Assembly: GCF_003334815.1 (NCBI RefSeq)
Contig: NZ_QOWO01000022.1
Length of the DNA stretch: 64,000 nucleotides
DNA from: Escherichia coli
GTDB taxonomy: Bacteria; Pseudomonadota; Gammaproteobacteria; Enterobacterales; Enterobacteriaceae
Reading direction: 5' to 3' (one strand)
Shown here: positions 38,207 through 48,466 of the stretch, in pieces
How the letters are laid out: each line of letters opens with the position of its first letter
Position numbering within the stretch: the stretch's first letter is position 1
Notes under the pieces: generated by a model
What the model was told of the DNA's origin: nothing
Seen by the model: the letters and a program-made list of their open reading frames with translations, nothing else
The model's database searches: none
Position numbers and translations under genes: made by a program

Positions 38207-41200
38207 TCATCGGCCGGGGCTGTGGGATTGTGCCTGTTGCAGAGTTTTTTCCTGCCTGTCCTCCGCCTTTTGGCTGTCAGACCACTCTTTCCAGGTCTGC
38301 TCAAAACCCAGAGAGCGGAAAAGCTTGTCCGGTTGCTCTTCCGGTTTGTGGATGGCGGCAAACAACGGGGAGTCCTGTTGCTTCAGGTGAAACTGCATTA
38401 TTTGTGGGGACGGACGCTGATGATTATTCTCATCATGGTTAACAGCTTCACCGTAACCGGCAAACTGCAGACCGTTATCCGTCAGGGCATTGATGACCAG
38501 CTGACGGTTGTCAGCTGACGGGGTGGCCAGTGCCGGGTAAAGGGTGCCGTTCAGGCGGACCACGCCCTGCAGATGATCATCTGCGCTGTGGACCAGCAGA
38601 AGATTCAACTGACGATTGTCCTTATCGGCAGAGGCGATGGCTGGTATCAGTTCATTGGGGGCATTACCAGCGAGGGGGAGTCGCATTGATTGATCCTGAG
38701 GTGCTGATGCAGGTTGCCTGTCTTCACCAATGTACAGATTATTGGGAGGATTTTTGGGGGAGCGAACTTCCTGCATTATCTGTGGCCAGTGTTGTTGCAT
38801 CTGTAACATCACCTGGCTGAATGTTGCCATCGGAAAATCCAGGATATGCTGACCAGCATGAGGATGGTCATTATCGACGGTAATGCCGTTACTGACAGGA
38901 GTCATGGCCCAGATATTACGGATACGATCCCGTGTTTCACCGGACAGCCGGAATGTTTCTCTCGCCTGCAGCGTCAGTGTGACGGGGTTGCCTTTCTGGT
39001 GGTTTTTGACCAGTTCTTCCAGGCCGTTTCCCCAGTATTCCCGTTTGCCACTGCGGTTGGTGAGCTCCACAAAAAAGCAGCGCCCTTTTCCGGGCGCATA
39101 CTCTTTTTCTCCGTAGTTTGTCAGGACGGCAGTCACACTTTCACCGGGTCTGAGTTTGCCGGGGGGCTCTTCCTCCGGTGTGTCGGGTTGCTGTGGCTGT
39201 GCACTGACAGCGACGTTTCCTGCTGACGATGACGGGGCGGCTGGTTGTTCCGGTGTGCCGGCCCGGGGGGCTTCAGCTTTTGCCGTGACCGGCGCTTCCG
39301 GATGCGGTGTTTCAGCCGTACTGCCTGCAGTTTGCTCTGTTTCTGCTTTCGGTGACACAGGGGGGGCCGGTTGTGCCATTGTTGTCTCTTCCGGTGACAG
39401 GCGGTTGAGTTCCGGCGTGGGTCTGTGGGTGACGATGGCATCATGCGCCATCCCTTTCTCCTGGCGGAGTTTTTCCAGCGCAGCCCTCTGGACCGGGAGT
39501 TTCATGCGAACCTTGATGTCATATTCGACAATCAGCTGCATGGCTTTTTGTTTAAAGGCATCACTGCCGGTCAGCTCGATAACGCCGCCATAGAAGTTGG
39601 TGGCCACAGCAAGGGCAGCCAGGACCTTTTTGTCATCAGTGCTGGCACCATCCACCATTTCCAGACGGTTGAGTTTATCCAGGAATGCCGGTTCGCCGTC
39701 GACGCGGCAGAGCGCAGTATTGTCGGGTAACTCATCGTATGTAAGATTTTTAATAATCTCGTCCAGGTTGTGCCGCTGCGGACTGTTGGGCCGGCGGGGC
39801 GCAAAGATAATCGTGTCCGGTTCTGCTGACGATGTGTCTTCCGGGCTGGTTTCAGGTGGTGACGGTGGTGCTGCGGCCTCTGTCGCAGTTTCGGCCTCCG
39901 TAAGCTTGTTCTCCTGAATAACGGGAGGTTCGGCGGTACGTGATTTTCCACCGGTCAGAAAACGGCGCAGGCGGCTGAAAAGCGATGCTGTTTCAGGGCG
40001 GGCTGTTTCATTCGCTGTGCTGGTCTCAGTGGCAGACACTGGACGCTCTTCCTTCGGTTTATCTTCTGCCGTTGGTTCAGGGGTTGCCTGCTGTACGGGC
40101 TGAATTTCTGCAGGTTCAGAAGGTGAGGCTGTTTCTGCTGTATCGGTGTGGTGAGCTGTGGTCATCACAGTAACATCAGCATTGAGGTCTTCCGCAACTG
40201 TGTCCAGGTCGTCATCGATAGCGGCAGCGGCACTCTCTTCACCTGTATCAGTGGCAGACATAACGCCCTCTTCCTGAGGTTTATTTTCTTCCGTTGGTTC
40301 AGGGGTTGCCTGTTGAACAGGCTGCATCCCGGCAGGTTCAGAAAGTGTCTTTGTCTCCGCGTTGTCGGTGCTGTGAACAGTGGCATTCCCCGGAGCATCA
40401 GCATTGAGGTCTTCCGCAAATGCGCTCCAGTCGTCAGCGCTGCCCATGGAGACCTGCTGTGGTTCTTCAGGTTGCGTTGTGGCGGTGTGCTGTGTCCCGG
40501 TTGCGTCGGAGACGGATGTTTCCGGTGTGTCGTAACTCCGGAGGGCAGTGGTGGCGGAAGAGGTGTTCTCTGCGTCATTATCAGTAGCAGACACTACGTT
40601 CTCCTGTGGTTTATCTTTAGCCGATGGTTCAGGACTGGCCTGCTGCACTGGCTGAATCTCTGCAGGTTCAGAAGGTGAATCTGTTTCTGCTGTGCCGGTG
40701 TCGTGAGCCGTGGTCGTAACTGTGGCGTCAGCATTGGGTTCTTGTGCTAATACATTTCGGTCGTCAGTGGTGGCGGCAGAGGTATTCTTTGCGTTGCTGT
40801 CAATGGCAGAAACAGCATTCACCTGCGGTTCATTCGGGGAGGCTGTCCCTGCAGTTACCGACTGCAGGGATGCATATGCTGCATAGTCATCTTCATATGC
40901 CTGATTGTCTGTCTCTTCTGCAGGGATGTCATAAGGATGATTCTGTTCCGACACTGCCGGTTCAGGGGCTGTGCTCTGTCTGTTTTCAGGGTACACTTGT
41001 GGCTTCTCATCTTTTACCGGTGTGAATATCAGGTTGCCGATCACGATAGCTTCACGGCGGTCAGTAGTGTCATTGTTGGGCGTGGGGATACCGATATATT
41101 CTAACTGTGCGTTCATGGCTCGCTGAAAGGCGTCTCGTCCCCTGCTGGCGTCCAGGTCATTGAAATCGGTCAGTCCCTGTGCTTTTTCCGCCTCCGTAAA

Positions 41201-42223
41201 GGCCGGAATAATGACTTCGCCATGCGTGCTTGCGGCAGCTTTTTGGGCACTTGAAACACCTTTGTTAATTTTCCGTTGATGGTCGTTGTCGGCACAGAAG
41301 ACAAAGGGGCTGTCAGTCCAGATTTGGCGGGCATTTTCTGCCACGTCAATCATATTGCCGGCATCAACTGTCATCAGAACCGGAAGGCCGGTGGCTTCGT
41401 GCAGGGAGGCTGCAGTTGCGTAACCTTCCGCAAATAACAGGGGACGGCCATTTTCCGGGGTTCCGAAGGTGAACCAGTTACCGGTTTTCTCTGAGTCTTT
41501 CAGAATGCGGGCATCCTTCCCGCCGGTGACAGGAATACGCTGGTATGAACGTATTTCTCCCCGGCTGTTACTGAAAGGGATGACGAGTTCATTCTTGTTA
41601 TTCAGACGGACGCCCGGTGCGGCAAGGATCCCTTTTCGGGTCAGGTATTCATGCTCTGTTGCCTGTGGTAACTGGTTAATATAGGAGCGGGCATACCGGG
41701 CCTGTTTGTTGTACTGTTGCTGCAGTTTACGTGCGTTATCATCGCGCTGTTGCTGAGCGAATGCCCGCAGATGCAGTCTGGCCAGAGGATCGTGTTGTTC
41801 TCCGCCGGAAAATACCCAGTTTGTGGGACTGTCATCGGCGCTCCGGTAGTCGCGGTACCAGCCGGCGGGGCGCCCATCAAGATAGGCCTTGTATGCGCCA
41901 CTTTTGGCCCCTTTTTTGTCATCCCGGGTGGCGACTCTGTGTATGGCGCCATCCATCTGTGGCAATCCCTGAATAACCAGTCCGGCGTTTTCCAGGACCT
42001 GAGCAAATTCGGTGACCGGATCGCCGGCATCCATCGACAGTTCCTGCGGCCGGGGTAACCAGCGCTCCAGCAGTGAAAGTTCGGTACCCGCCCGGGCATA
42101 CCAGAGTTTTTTTTCTGGATCCCATGCGACAGCTTTGCGGCCATTTAACGGGGGGACTGCATTTTTTACGGCTTCTGTCTCCTCAGGCGGGACAGCAAGC
42201 CAGGTACGATATCTGGACTTCAT
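38207..42223 (-). CDS. sog: Conjugative DNA primase (Sog-like; TOPRIM primase domain plus long repetitive acidic region)
   Basis: 1338 aa. N-terminal TOPRIM/DnaG-like signature LLFAEGYATAASLHEATGLPVLMTVDAGN...FVFCADNDHQ. Followed by about 700 aa of acidic Pro/Thr/Glu-rich repeats and a C-terminal domain. Confidence 0.75.
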   Translation of the reverse strand: MKSRYRTWLAVPPEETEAVKNAVPPLNGRKAVAWDPEKKLWYARAGTELSLLERWLPRPQELSMDAGDPVTEFAQVLENAGLVIQGLPQMDGAIHRVATRDDKKGAKSGAYKAYLDGRPAGWYRDYRSADDSPTNWVFSGGEQHDPLARLHLRAFAQQQRDDNARKLQQQYNKQARYARSYINQLPQATEHEYLTRKGILAAPGVRLNNKNELVIPFSNSRGEIRSYQRIPVTGGKDARILKDSEKTGNWFTFGTPENGRPLLFAEGYATAASLHEATGLPVLMTVDAGNMIDVAENARQIWTDSPFVFCADNDHQRKINKGVSSAQKAAASTHGEVIIPAFTEAEKAQGLTDFNDLDASRGRDAFQRAMNAQLEYIGIPTPNNDTTDRREAIVIGNLIFTPVKDEKPQVYPENRQSTAPEPAVSEQNHPYDIPAEETDNQAYEDDYAAYASLQSVTAGTASPNEPQVNAVSAIDSNAKNTSAATTDDRNVLAQEPNADATVTTTAHDTGTAETDSPSEPAEIQPVQQASPEPSAKDKPQENVVSATDNDAENTSSATTALRSYDTPETSVSDATGTQHTATTQPEEPQQVSMGSADDWSAFAEDLNADAPGNATVHSTDNAETKTLSEPAGMQPVQQATPEPTEENKPQEEGVMSATDTGEESAAAAIDDDLDTVAEDLNADVTVMTTAHHTDTAETASPSEPAEIQPVQQATPEPTAEDKPKEERPVSATETSTANETARPETASLFSRLRRFLTGGKSRTAEPPVIQENKLTEAETATEAAAPPSPPETSPEDTSSAEPDTIIFAPRRPNSPQRHNLDEIIKNLTYDELPDNTALCRVDGEPAFLDKLNRLEMVDGASTDDKKVLAALAVATNFYGGVIELTGSDAFKQKAMQLIVEYDIKVRMKLPVQRAALEKLRQEKGMAHDAIVTHRPTPELNRLSPEETTMAQPAPPVSPKAETEQTAGSTAETPHPEAPVTAKAEAPRAGTPEQPAAPSSSAGNVAVSAQPQQPDTPEEEPPGKLRPGESVTAVLTNYGEKEYAPGKGRCFFVELTNRSGKREYWGNGLEELVKNHQKGNPVTLTLQARETFRLSGETRDRIRNIWAMTPVSNGITVDNDHPHAGQHILDFPMATFSQVMLQMQQHWPQIMQEVRSPKNPPNNLYIGEDRQPASAPQDQSMRLPLAGNAPNELIPAIASADKDNRQLNLLLVHSADDHLQGVVRLNGTLYPALATPSADNRQLVINALTDNGLQFAGYGEAVNHDENNHQRPSPQIMQFHLKQQDSPLFAAIHKPEEQPDKLFRSLGFEQTWKEWSDSQKAEDRQEKTLQQAQSHSPGR
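40058..40750. repeat. Three imperfect tandem repeats (about 200-250 bp each) inside the primase gene
   Basis: Repeated DNA blocks ttcttccgttggttcaggggttgcctg...cagcattgaggtcttccgcaa at about 40058, 40281 and 40600. They encode SEPAEIQPVQQA(S/T)PEP... three times. Confidence 0.6.
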
Positions 42224-42286
42224 GTCGTTCTCCGGGGATTAAATATGAGGGCGTTGTGATACGCCGGGATGATGGACAAAAGAGGG

Positions 42287-42577
42287 CTATTCTGGTCCGT
42301 GCCATTCACGGGGTAATTCTGTGCGGTGTCGGTACCACCAGGGACGTCCCGATGCCTGCTTACCCTGAAGCAGGCTGTACAGACGTATACAGAGGGTGCG
42401 GACTGTCCAGCCGGAATATCCCAGGAGCATAAAAAACAGCAGAATGCCGCTGCACACCCAGAATGTCGTTTTTGACGGATACGGAAACAACAGCAGGTAA
42501 ATCATGGTAAACGGCAGGGGGACACCATAAATGTTGAGCGGTGGTGTTACATCCCGCCAGAAGCCTTCGCGTTTCAT
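42287..42577 (-). CDS. traK: Small type IVB membrane protein TraK
   Basis: 96 aa, hydrophobic; lies between traJ and sog with a 4-nt overlap to traJ. Confidence 0.45.
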   Translation of the reverse strand: MKREGFWRDVTPPLNIYGVPLPFTMIYLLLFPYPSKTTFWVCSGILLFFMLLGYSGWTVRTLCIRLYSLLQGKQASGRPWWYRHRTELPREWHGPE

Positions 42578-43722
42578 CGGGGGAACTCTCCGGCCGGGAT
42601 GAAGAGCGCTGCTTCTGATTTCTCAATGCGGTCGTTCTGATACATGGTCAGAACCTGATCCCTTATCCGCCGTTTTTCCTGACGAATGATTTCGTCAATG
42701 TAATGTCCCCATGTTGCATGGGATTGTCCGGAGAGCGTATTGCGCAGTTCGTCAGTTATGACGATGTATTCCCGGACAGCCTGCCTGCCGCCGTCATTTG
42801 TTCTGACCAGTACCTGCACCAGAATGAACTGTACGAGGGAAAGCGTGGCTGCAGCCATCGAATCCCTGATTTCAGGAGGAAACAATCCCAGCAGGCGGGC
42901 AAAGGTTTCTCCGGGTGATTTTGTGTGCATGGTGCCGATACAAAAGTGTCCGGTATTACCCGCCTGGACTGCGGCATCTGCTGTTTCATAATCCCTGATT
43001 TCACCGATACCAATGATGTCCGGATTACGGCGAACGGCAGAGCGAAGTCCTGCAGCAAAACTTTCCACATCGCGCCCGATTTCGGCCTGATGGGGAGGCA
43101 GAAGGTCATTCTCTCCGCCCAGAATGTATTCCACCGGATCTTCATAGGTCACTATTTTGCGATCGGGGAAATTTTTCAGAATGTGGCGATACAGTGCCGC
43201 CGCCAGTGTGGATTTCCCGGAGCCGGTTTCTCCGCAGATGAAGCCCAGGCCGGTTTTTCTGAGCATGGCATCCAGCAGATCCGGTTCAATATTCATAGTG
43301 AGGATGTCCGGAATATCTGACGGGATCACCCGCATGGTGACGGAAATGGCTTTTTCTTCTGTTGCCGATGTTCCCTGTATCAGGTGGCAGCGCAGGCGAA
43401 CACGCTGACCTCGCTGCAGGCCATAGCGGCCGGAGGCATCTCCGCTGACCTGAATGGTACGATCCACGGGATGACCTGACAGAACCCGGGGAAGAACCTC
43501 CCGCCCAAACAGCTCATCACTCAGTGCCATCATGATGGAAGACGGAAGGGGATTTACGGATGAGCGAACCCGCCGTCCAAAGCGACTGACGGATACCGGT
43601 GAACCGCCGGTCAGATCAATATCACTGACGCGGTGGCGGGCACACCAGGCAAAAAAATGGCGAAACTCTTCTGCCGTAAAACGGGAGAAGGGGAAGGTAC
43701 CGAAGTCATCTGGTGATATCAT
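42574..43722 (-). CDS. traJ: Type IVB ATPase TraJ (DotB, PilT/VirB11-like)
   Basis: Start at MISPDDFGTFPF gives 382 aa. Walker A FICGETGSGKSTL, then acidic and His boxes typical of secretion ATPases. Confidence 0.8.
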   Translation of the reverse strand: MISPDDFGTFPFSRFTAEEFRHFFAWCARHRVSDIDLTGGSPVSVSRFGRRVRSSVNPLPSSIMMALSDELFGREVLPRVLSGHPVDRTIQVSGDASGRYGLQRGQRVRLRCHLIQGTSATEEKAISVTMRVIPSDIPDILTMNIEPDLLDAMLRKTGLGFICGETGSGKSTLAAALYRHILKNFPDRKIVTYEDPVEYILGGENDLLPPHQAEIGRDVESFAAGLRSAVRRNPDIIGIGEIRDYETADAAVQAGNTGHFCIGTMHTKSPGETFARLLGLFPPEIRDSMAAATLSLVQFILVQVLVRTNDGGRQAVREYIVITDELRNTLSGQSHATWGHYIDEIIRQEKRRIRDQVLTMYQNDRIEKSEAALFIPAGEFPR

Positions 43723-44542
43723 TTTTCTCTCCTTCGGTGCTGACAAGAGGGCGCCAGCGCGATTTCTGCAGCGTAAATTCAGCATGTGTTTTCAGGCGGC
43801 GGACGCGATCGCCAGTGATGAGTTTTTGCCCGTTGCCGGTAACCGTCTGCATCTGCTCTGTGACATCTGGACGTGTGATCATGCCCTGACGCCACAGAAG
43901 GGCGTAAAGCATCATGCCCCGGTAATCACGGGTCAGGCGCTTCTGATTAGCTTCCAGTGTGAGATCTGCGTTGAGGCGCCCTTCCTGCCATCCCTGACGT
44001 AAGGCGTTTTCCCATAGTCTGCGTTGTGCCCGGTCTTCCGGCACAACCCGGCCTTCAGTGCCTGGTGTGGCGGTGGTTGAGAGTCCTTTCAGCAGCCAGT
44101 CACGCCATCCAGGTGGATTACTGACAAAGCGTTCCGGGCGGAGGATGGTCCAGACACGGGAGGCTGTTCTTATCTGGTCCGGTCTGATGTGTGCAACATC
44201 CTGCGCTTCATCGATAACAGGAGGCAGCCAGCCTTCCTTGCTGATGAGAGGCCGGAAATCATACAGGGCATTCAGGGTACTTTCCCGGGCATTCAGTGCC
44301 TGAATCAGTTCCCATGAGCGCTGTGCTTTTCCACCACGGAATCCCAGCGTTCTGCCGGCATCCGTGAGCATCTGACGACGGGTATCTGAAATACCATCAT
44401 CCTGGTTTCCGGAGGGCGTCAGCCATGCACGGATATCCGGGGGCGGTGCGTTTTCTGTCATGACGGCAGAAGAACGGTGATGCTGTCCGGCACAGCCTGT
44501 AAGCAGGAGAGCAGACAGCAGGAGACACAGGTGTGTTTTCAT
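43706..44542 (-). CDS. traI: Type IVB outer-membrane lipoprotein TraI (DotC-like)
   Basis: Signal peptide with lipobox MKTHLCLLLSALLLTGC; 278 aa. Confidence 0.6.
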   Translation of the reverse strand: MKTHLCLLLSALLLTGCAGQHHRSSAVMTENAPPPDIRAWLTPSGNQDDGISDTRRQMLTDAGRTLGFRGGKAQRSWELIQALNARESTLNALYDFRPLISKEGWLPPVIDEAQDVAHIRPDQIRTASRVWTILRPERFVSNPPGWRDWLLKGLSTTATPGTEGRVVPEDRAQRRLWENALRQGWQEGRLNADLTLEANQKRLTRDYRGMMLYALLWRQGMITRPDVTEQMQTVTGNGQKLITGDRVRRLKTHAEFTLQKSRWRPLVSTEGEKNDITR

Positions 44543-44991
44543 TTTTTCTCCGGCGTCATAAAAGACAGATGTAAACGCCCGGCTGACTGCGAGAGTGTTG
44601 CCCGCCAGGCAGTCTGGGCTTCAGTGATACGAAGGACATCAGCAAAGGTCATGTCGCGGACGTGCAGTGAGACGGGTAAGGGGAGACGGACGCCGCTGTA
44701 GCTGAACTGCTGGCCGCGCAGACGGGCCAGTTCGTTGAGCAATTCCAGGGCATCGCCTTCCCAGTCAAAGGAAACACGGTCGCTGTGAGCCTTCAGACTG
44801 CCGCCGGACTGACGCTCCGGAAGGGCTGCAGAGTAAATTCCCTGCCCCCATAGCTGATACTGCGCATGCCGGGCGACGGCGACATCAGAGGCAGCACCAT
44901 ACTTTCTGGTCGGAGCTGTATTATCCGGGGGGAGATGGCAGCCGTTCAGGCAGAGTACGGCGAGACATCCCGCAGGTATCATACGGTTCAT
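44539..44991 (-). CDS. traH: Type IVB lipoprotein TraH (DotD-like)
   Basis: 150 aa with lipobox LNGC; ATGA overlap with traI. Confidence 0.55.
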   Translation of the reverse strand: MNRMIPAGCLAVLCLNGCHLPPDNTAPTRKYGAASDVAVARHAQYQLWGQGIYSAALPERQSGGSLKAHSDRVSFDWEGDALELLNELARLRGQQFSYSGVRLPLPVSLHVRDMTFADVLRITEAQTAWRATLSQSAGRLHLSFMTPEKK

Positions 44992-45349
44992 GGTGTATTT
45001 TTCCTGAGCAGTGAAAGAAGAAAGCGTTGTGGGGAGGATTTACTGGTTCGTGTTTTTGCTGAATGGCTGGAGCACCTCAGAGGGAGACAGTGCTACCCGG
45101 ATACAAATATCGTTTGCTATCACGACATTACATTCGTTAGCTGTCGGATCCCGGAACGGTTCCACCATAAAGGCTTTGTTTTCGATATGCGTTTTATTTT
45201 TGTTAAACATGCATTTCCTCATGCGAAAATGATATGTCAGATAACAGCCAGATCAGAGGCAGCACTACAGGTCTGGCTGTGTCGTTTGATGGTCGGAAAA
45301 CGCGAGGATGCAGGTCTGGATACCCCGGTCAGTACCGGGGCAGAGATGA

Positions 45350-46552
45350 TCAGAATGTGAACTGCAGTTGTGCAACGGCACCGTAGTTGTTGTCTGTGCC
45401 TGCTATACCCGCCACATCAATATGGACGACATCAAATGGTGAGATACCCAGCCCGGCGGTGAACGCACTGCCATCATTGCTGGCCAGATTCTGGCGGTAG
45501 CCTGCACGTAACTGTGCCCATTTCCAGGCATTAAATTCAGCACCAATGGCAGCAAACTGACGTTTACTGTCTGATGTGAAGCCACTGGCCGGGGTCAGGT
45601 CAACATCCAGTGCTGTAGTGAACATGTCGTTGTGCCAGGAGACACCGGCAGTCACCTGCGGGCGGATCCTGAAAGTTTCTGTGACACCGTTCACTTCCTT
45701 TGTCTCAATACTGCGGGGGAGCAGGTTCTGTGCGACCAGACCCAGTGTCCAGTTGTCATCCAGGTCCATGCTGGCCCCGATATCAGCGTTAATGCCGTTT
45801 CTGGTGTTGTGGTAACGGTCGCCTTTGAAAGCGCTGCTGTCGTAATTTTTAACCAGCACGTTGTAGTTAAACAGGTCAACACGCTGGAATTTTGGTGTGA
45901 AGCCCAGAGACCACTTTTGTCCGGCCGTTTCCAGTTCAGTAGCCAGAGCAATACCCACATCGGTGACCAGTGCGGCACGGGCAAAAGCCTGAGAGGTCAG
46001 TCTGTCTTTATCCACATCCTGACCGTTACTGTTTGCAATGCTTTCCAGATAGTTCAGGTCGGCATCACTGACTTTACCGTCGACACTGATCGTACCGTAG
46101 CTTTTCAGCATCAGAGCGGCAGCGAGGGTGTCACCGGGAAGAGTCGCCACAGCAGATGTTCCCACCTGTGCGTCAGCATGTGTGTGACGGAAGTCCTGAA
46201 GTCGCGTCTTCAGACGTGCAGCAGTCTGCGACACGTTGCTCTGACTGTCGATGGCACGATCAAAGGCTTTCCAGTCATCACTGATTTTGTCTGCGTTGTC
46301 ACTGATATTACCCGGATCGGACAATTGCCCACCAACGGACGGAAGCAGAAGACTGAAGTCATCTTCCGGACCGGCTTTTGTCAGCAGGGCCGGGTTTGCC
46401 AGAGGTGCCACACCGTAGTGAGAGGAGGCTACCCCGGTTCCCCCCATTGCATCATTGCGGGCTTCAAAATATGAAGTTGCGGCTGTTGAATTAAAGGAAA
46501 ATAAAACAGCAGATGCGATGAGAGTTCGGGTAATGTGCATATTCATCATCAT
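45350..46552 (-). CDS. traF: Outer-membrane beta-barrel transfer protein (TraF-like)
   Basis: Signal peptide (MNMHITRTLIASAVLFSFNSTAA), alternating amphipathic strands and a C-terminal aromatic ending ...VAQLQFTF. Start codon ambiguous (46538-46552). Symbol assigned by synteny. Confidence 0.5.
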   Translation of the reverse strand: MMMNMHITRTLIASAVLFSFNSTAATSYFEARNDAMGGTGVASSHYGVAPLANPALLTKAGPEDDFSLLLPSVGGQLSDPGNISDNADKISDDWKAFDRAIDSQSNVSQTAARLKTRLQDFRHTHADAQVGTSAVATLPGDTLAAALMLKSYGTISVDGKVSDADLNYLESIANSNGQDVDKDRLTSQAFARAALVTDVGIALATELETAGQKWSLGFTPKFQRVDLFNYNVLVKNYDSSAFKGDRYHNTRNGINADIGASMDLDDNWTLGLVAQNLLPRSIETKEVNGVTETFRIRPQVTAGVSWHNDMFTTALDVDLTPASGFTSDSKRQFAAIGAEFNAWKWAQLRAGYRQNLASNDGSAFTAGLGISPFDVVHIDVAGIAGTDNNYGAVAQLQFTF

Positions 46553-46641
46553 TTCAGTTTCCTGGTTTGAGGTGTTTTGGGTACAGCAACGGTATGACAC
46601 GACTGTGCCATTAAAAATTTATTGGTTTTTTCTCTGCGTTA

Positions 46642-47463
46642 TTACCAGGGTAATAACGGTATACTGAATAACTCAGCAGGTAATATTTTTCCTGTCATCA
46701 GATATTCTGCCTGTGCCGGACGAAGCGTTACGGTCCGGACGGATGTCTTTGCATATAAATTGCGGGCAGTGTGAAACCAGTTTTCTTTTTCCTTATTCAT
46801 TCTTACAGGTGATAAAGAAAGTACAGGATAAATGATGGCTTTATTAATTTCTTTTTTCTTGCGGAACAGTACACCGCAATATTCCTGTGAATGAACACCG
46901 GCAAAAGGAAAACTGTGCCAGAGAATAATATCCACATTATCGCTGGCTGAAATAAGCTGGCAGAACGCATCCTGTGTTGCTGGCCACTCACCGGCACGGC
47001 TTAAAGGATAACGTACCCTGCCGTTCAGCCATTCCGGGTTGAGATAAAACCAGTCAGCCAGAGCCGTCAGAATCTCTCCTGTCAGATAATCTGCGAGTTT
47101 GTCCGGGTCACGGAAAACGGCAGGACGGATATTCCAGGGAGCCAGTAACGTTGTCATCGTTGTTACGCAGACATCATGTGCCTGCATGATGTGTTCTGTC
47201 CGGCAGATAAGACGGTGAACGATGTTTTCAGCCGGGAGAAACATTTCAGTTAATGCATCTTCGACCAGGATACGCGTCAGGTCGGATACAGAAAGGGAGA
47301 GTTGCTCGCTCATTATTCCGAGTGCTTCTCTGACGCCCTGCGGATAACGGATCTGCAGGGGAGTGGACTGCAACTGGCGGTTATTGAGCAGAGCTTCGCT
47401 AATCCGGGCCCTGTCAATGGAGAGCATCATGCGGGCAGCAATGCCTGTGCTGTTGGGTTTCAT
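46642..47463 (-). CDS. traE: Transfer protein TraE-like (273 aa)
   Basis: First ORF of the tra operon downstream of rci; assigned by position only. Confidence 0.4.
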   Translation of the reverse strand: MKPNSTGIAARMMLSIDRARISEALLNNRQLQSTPLQIRYPQGVREALGIMSEQLSLSVSDLTRILVEDALTEMFLPAENIVHRLICRTEHIMQAHDVCVTTMTTLLAPWNIRPAVFRDPDKLADYLTGEILTALADWFYLNPEWLNGRVRYPLSRAGEWPATQDAFCQLISASDNVDIILWHSFPFAGVHSQEYCGVLFRKKKEINKAIIYPVLSLSPVRMNKEKENWFHTARNLYAKTSVRTVTLRPAQAEYLMTGKILPAELFSIPLLPW

Positions 47464-47722
47464 TTCACCTCCGTGCGGTTCATATGTTAAGTCTAAAGAG
47501 CGTGTTTACTGAACGGAAACGAGTTATTTCGATCGTTATGATCGAGTGTGTTTCAAGAGTGCTTTTAACTCTGTTTTAAGCGTGAATGAAAAGGATTCGG
47601 ACAGGACGTGATTTAGCATGCCGCTGGTCTGGCATTATGCTGCAGAGCAGACGGAGTCAGGAGATTGAAAGTATTTCGTTATATAATCTTTTCCTTTTCG
47701 GGATGAAATCAACGAGGTTCGT

Positions 47723-48043
47723 ATGAAAATTAAACAGCATAAAGAAAAACTGGAGATTATAAGGGATATTATTCGAGAGACGCTGTTGGGTAATGCTGCT
47801 CTTATTGTTCTGGCAGCCATGGTTCCGGTTGTACTGGTGAAACCATGGGATTCGATGACATTTATTTTTATGGGGGCCGTGTGTGTTTCTTTTGCAGTCA
47901 TTCTGTTCTGGCTGGTTTATATAGTTTGTTTGTATATAGGAACGCTTGTAAAGAATATTTTTATAAGGATTTTTGCTTTTTCTATTTGGGCCCTTTCTGC
48001 TGAGGGGGCAATTATTTATAACATGATAAAGATATTATCATAG
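47723..48043 (+). CDS. Hypothetical small membrane protein (106 aa), AT-rich
   Basis: Plus-strand ORF with three hydrophobic segments between traE and rci. Confidence 0.35.
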   Translation: MKIKQHKEKLEIIRDIIRETLLGNAALIVLAAMVPVVLVKPWDSMTFIFMGAVCVSFAVILFWLVYIVCLYIGTLVKNIFIRIFAFSIWALSAEGAIIYNMIKILS

Positions 48044-48134
48044 AAAAGTTGTTTATATATTGGCTCTATGTAAAAAGAATGGTACCTCTGCCAGAGTCCC
48101 CGGCGTTATTTTTATGTGTTGGGGCCATGAATGT

Positions 48135-48455
48135 TTATTTGGCATCCCTTATCTCGCCCATCAGCAGGCGGATACGCAGCCAGGTGTCATGATCCAGAAC
48201 AGGTGATGGTGTTACCATGCAAGCACAGTGCCCGGTGACGAGCGTATCAAGGAAGCGTTTTGCATCGCTGGCACTTTCATATTCACCAGTATGGATCAAC
48301 ATCCACCTTTGCCCCAACGCTGATTCGGTGTGAATTGGTTGCGAGAATGCGATTGTGTAAACGTCTTCAATTGTAACGATACGATTATTATCCGCAGTGG
48401 CTGCACGGGAGGATAAGTGTTTCATAAAGGGTCTCATAGCGTTAATTTTGAACAA
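48135..48455 (-). CDS. Hypothetical protein (106 aa) immediately downstream of rci
   Basis: ORF 12 nt after the rci stop, same strand; no motif. Confidence 0.35.
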   Translation of the reverse strand: MFKINAMRPFMKHLSSRAATADNNRIVTIEDVYTIAFSQPIHTESALGQRWMLIHTGEYESASDAKRFLDTLVTGHCACMVTPSPVLDHDTWLRIRLLMGEIRDAK

Positions 48456-48466
48456 AAATTATTTGT

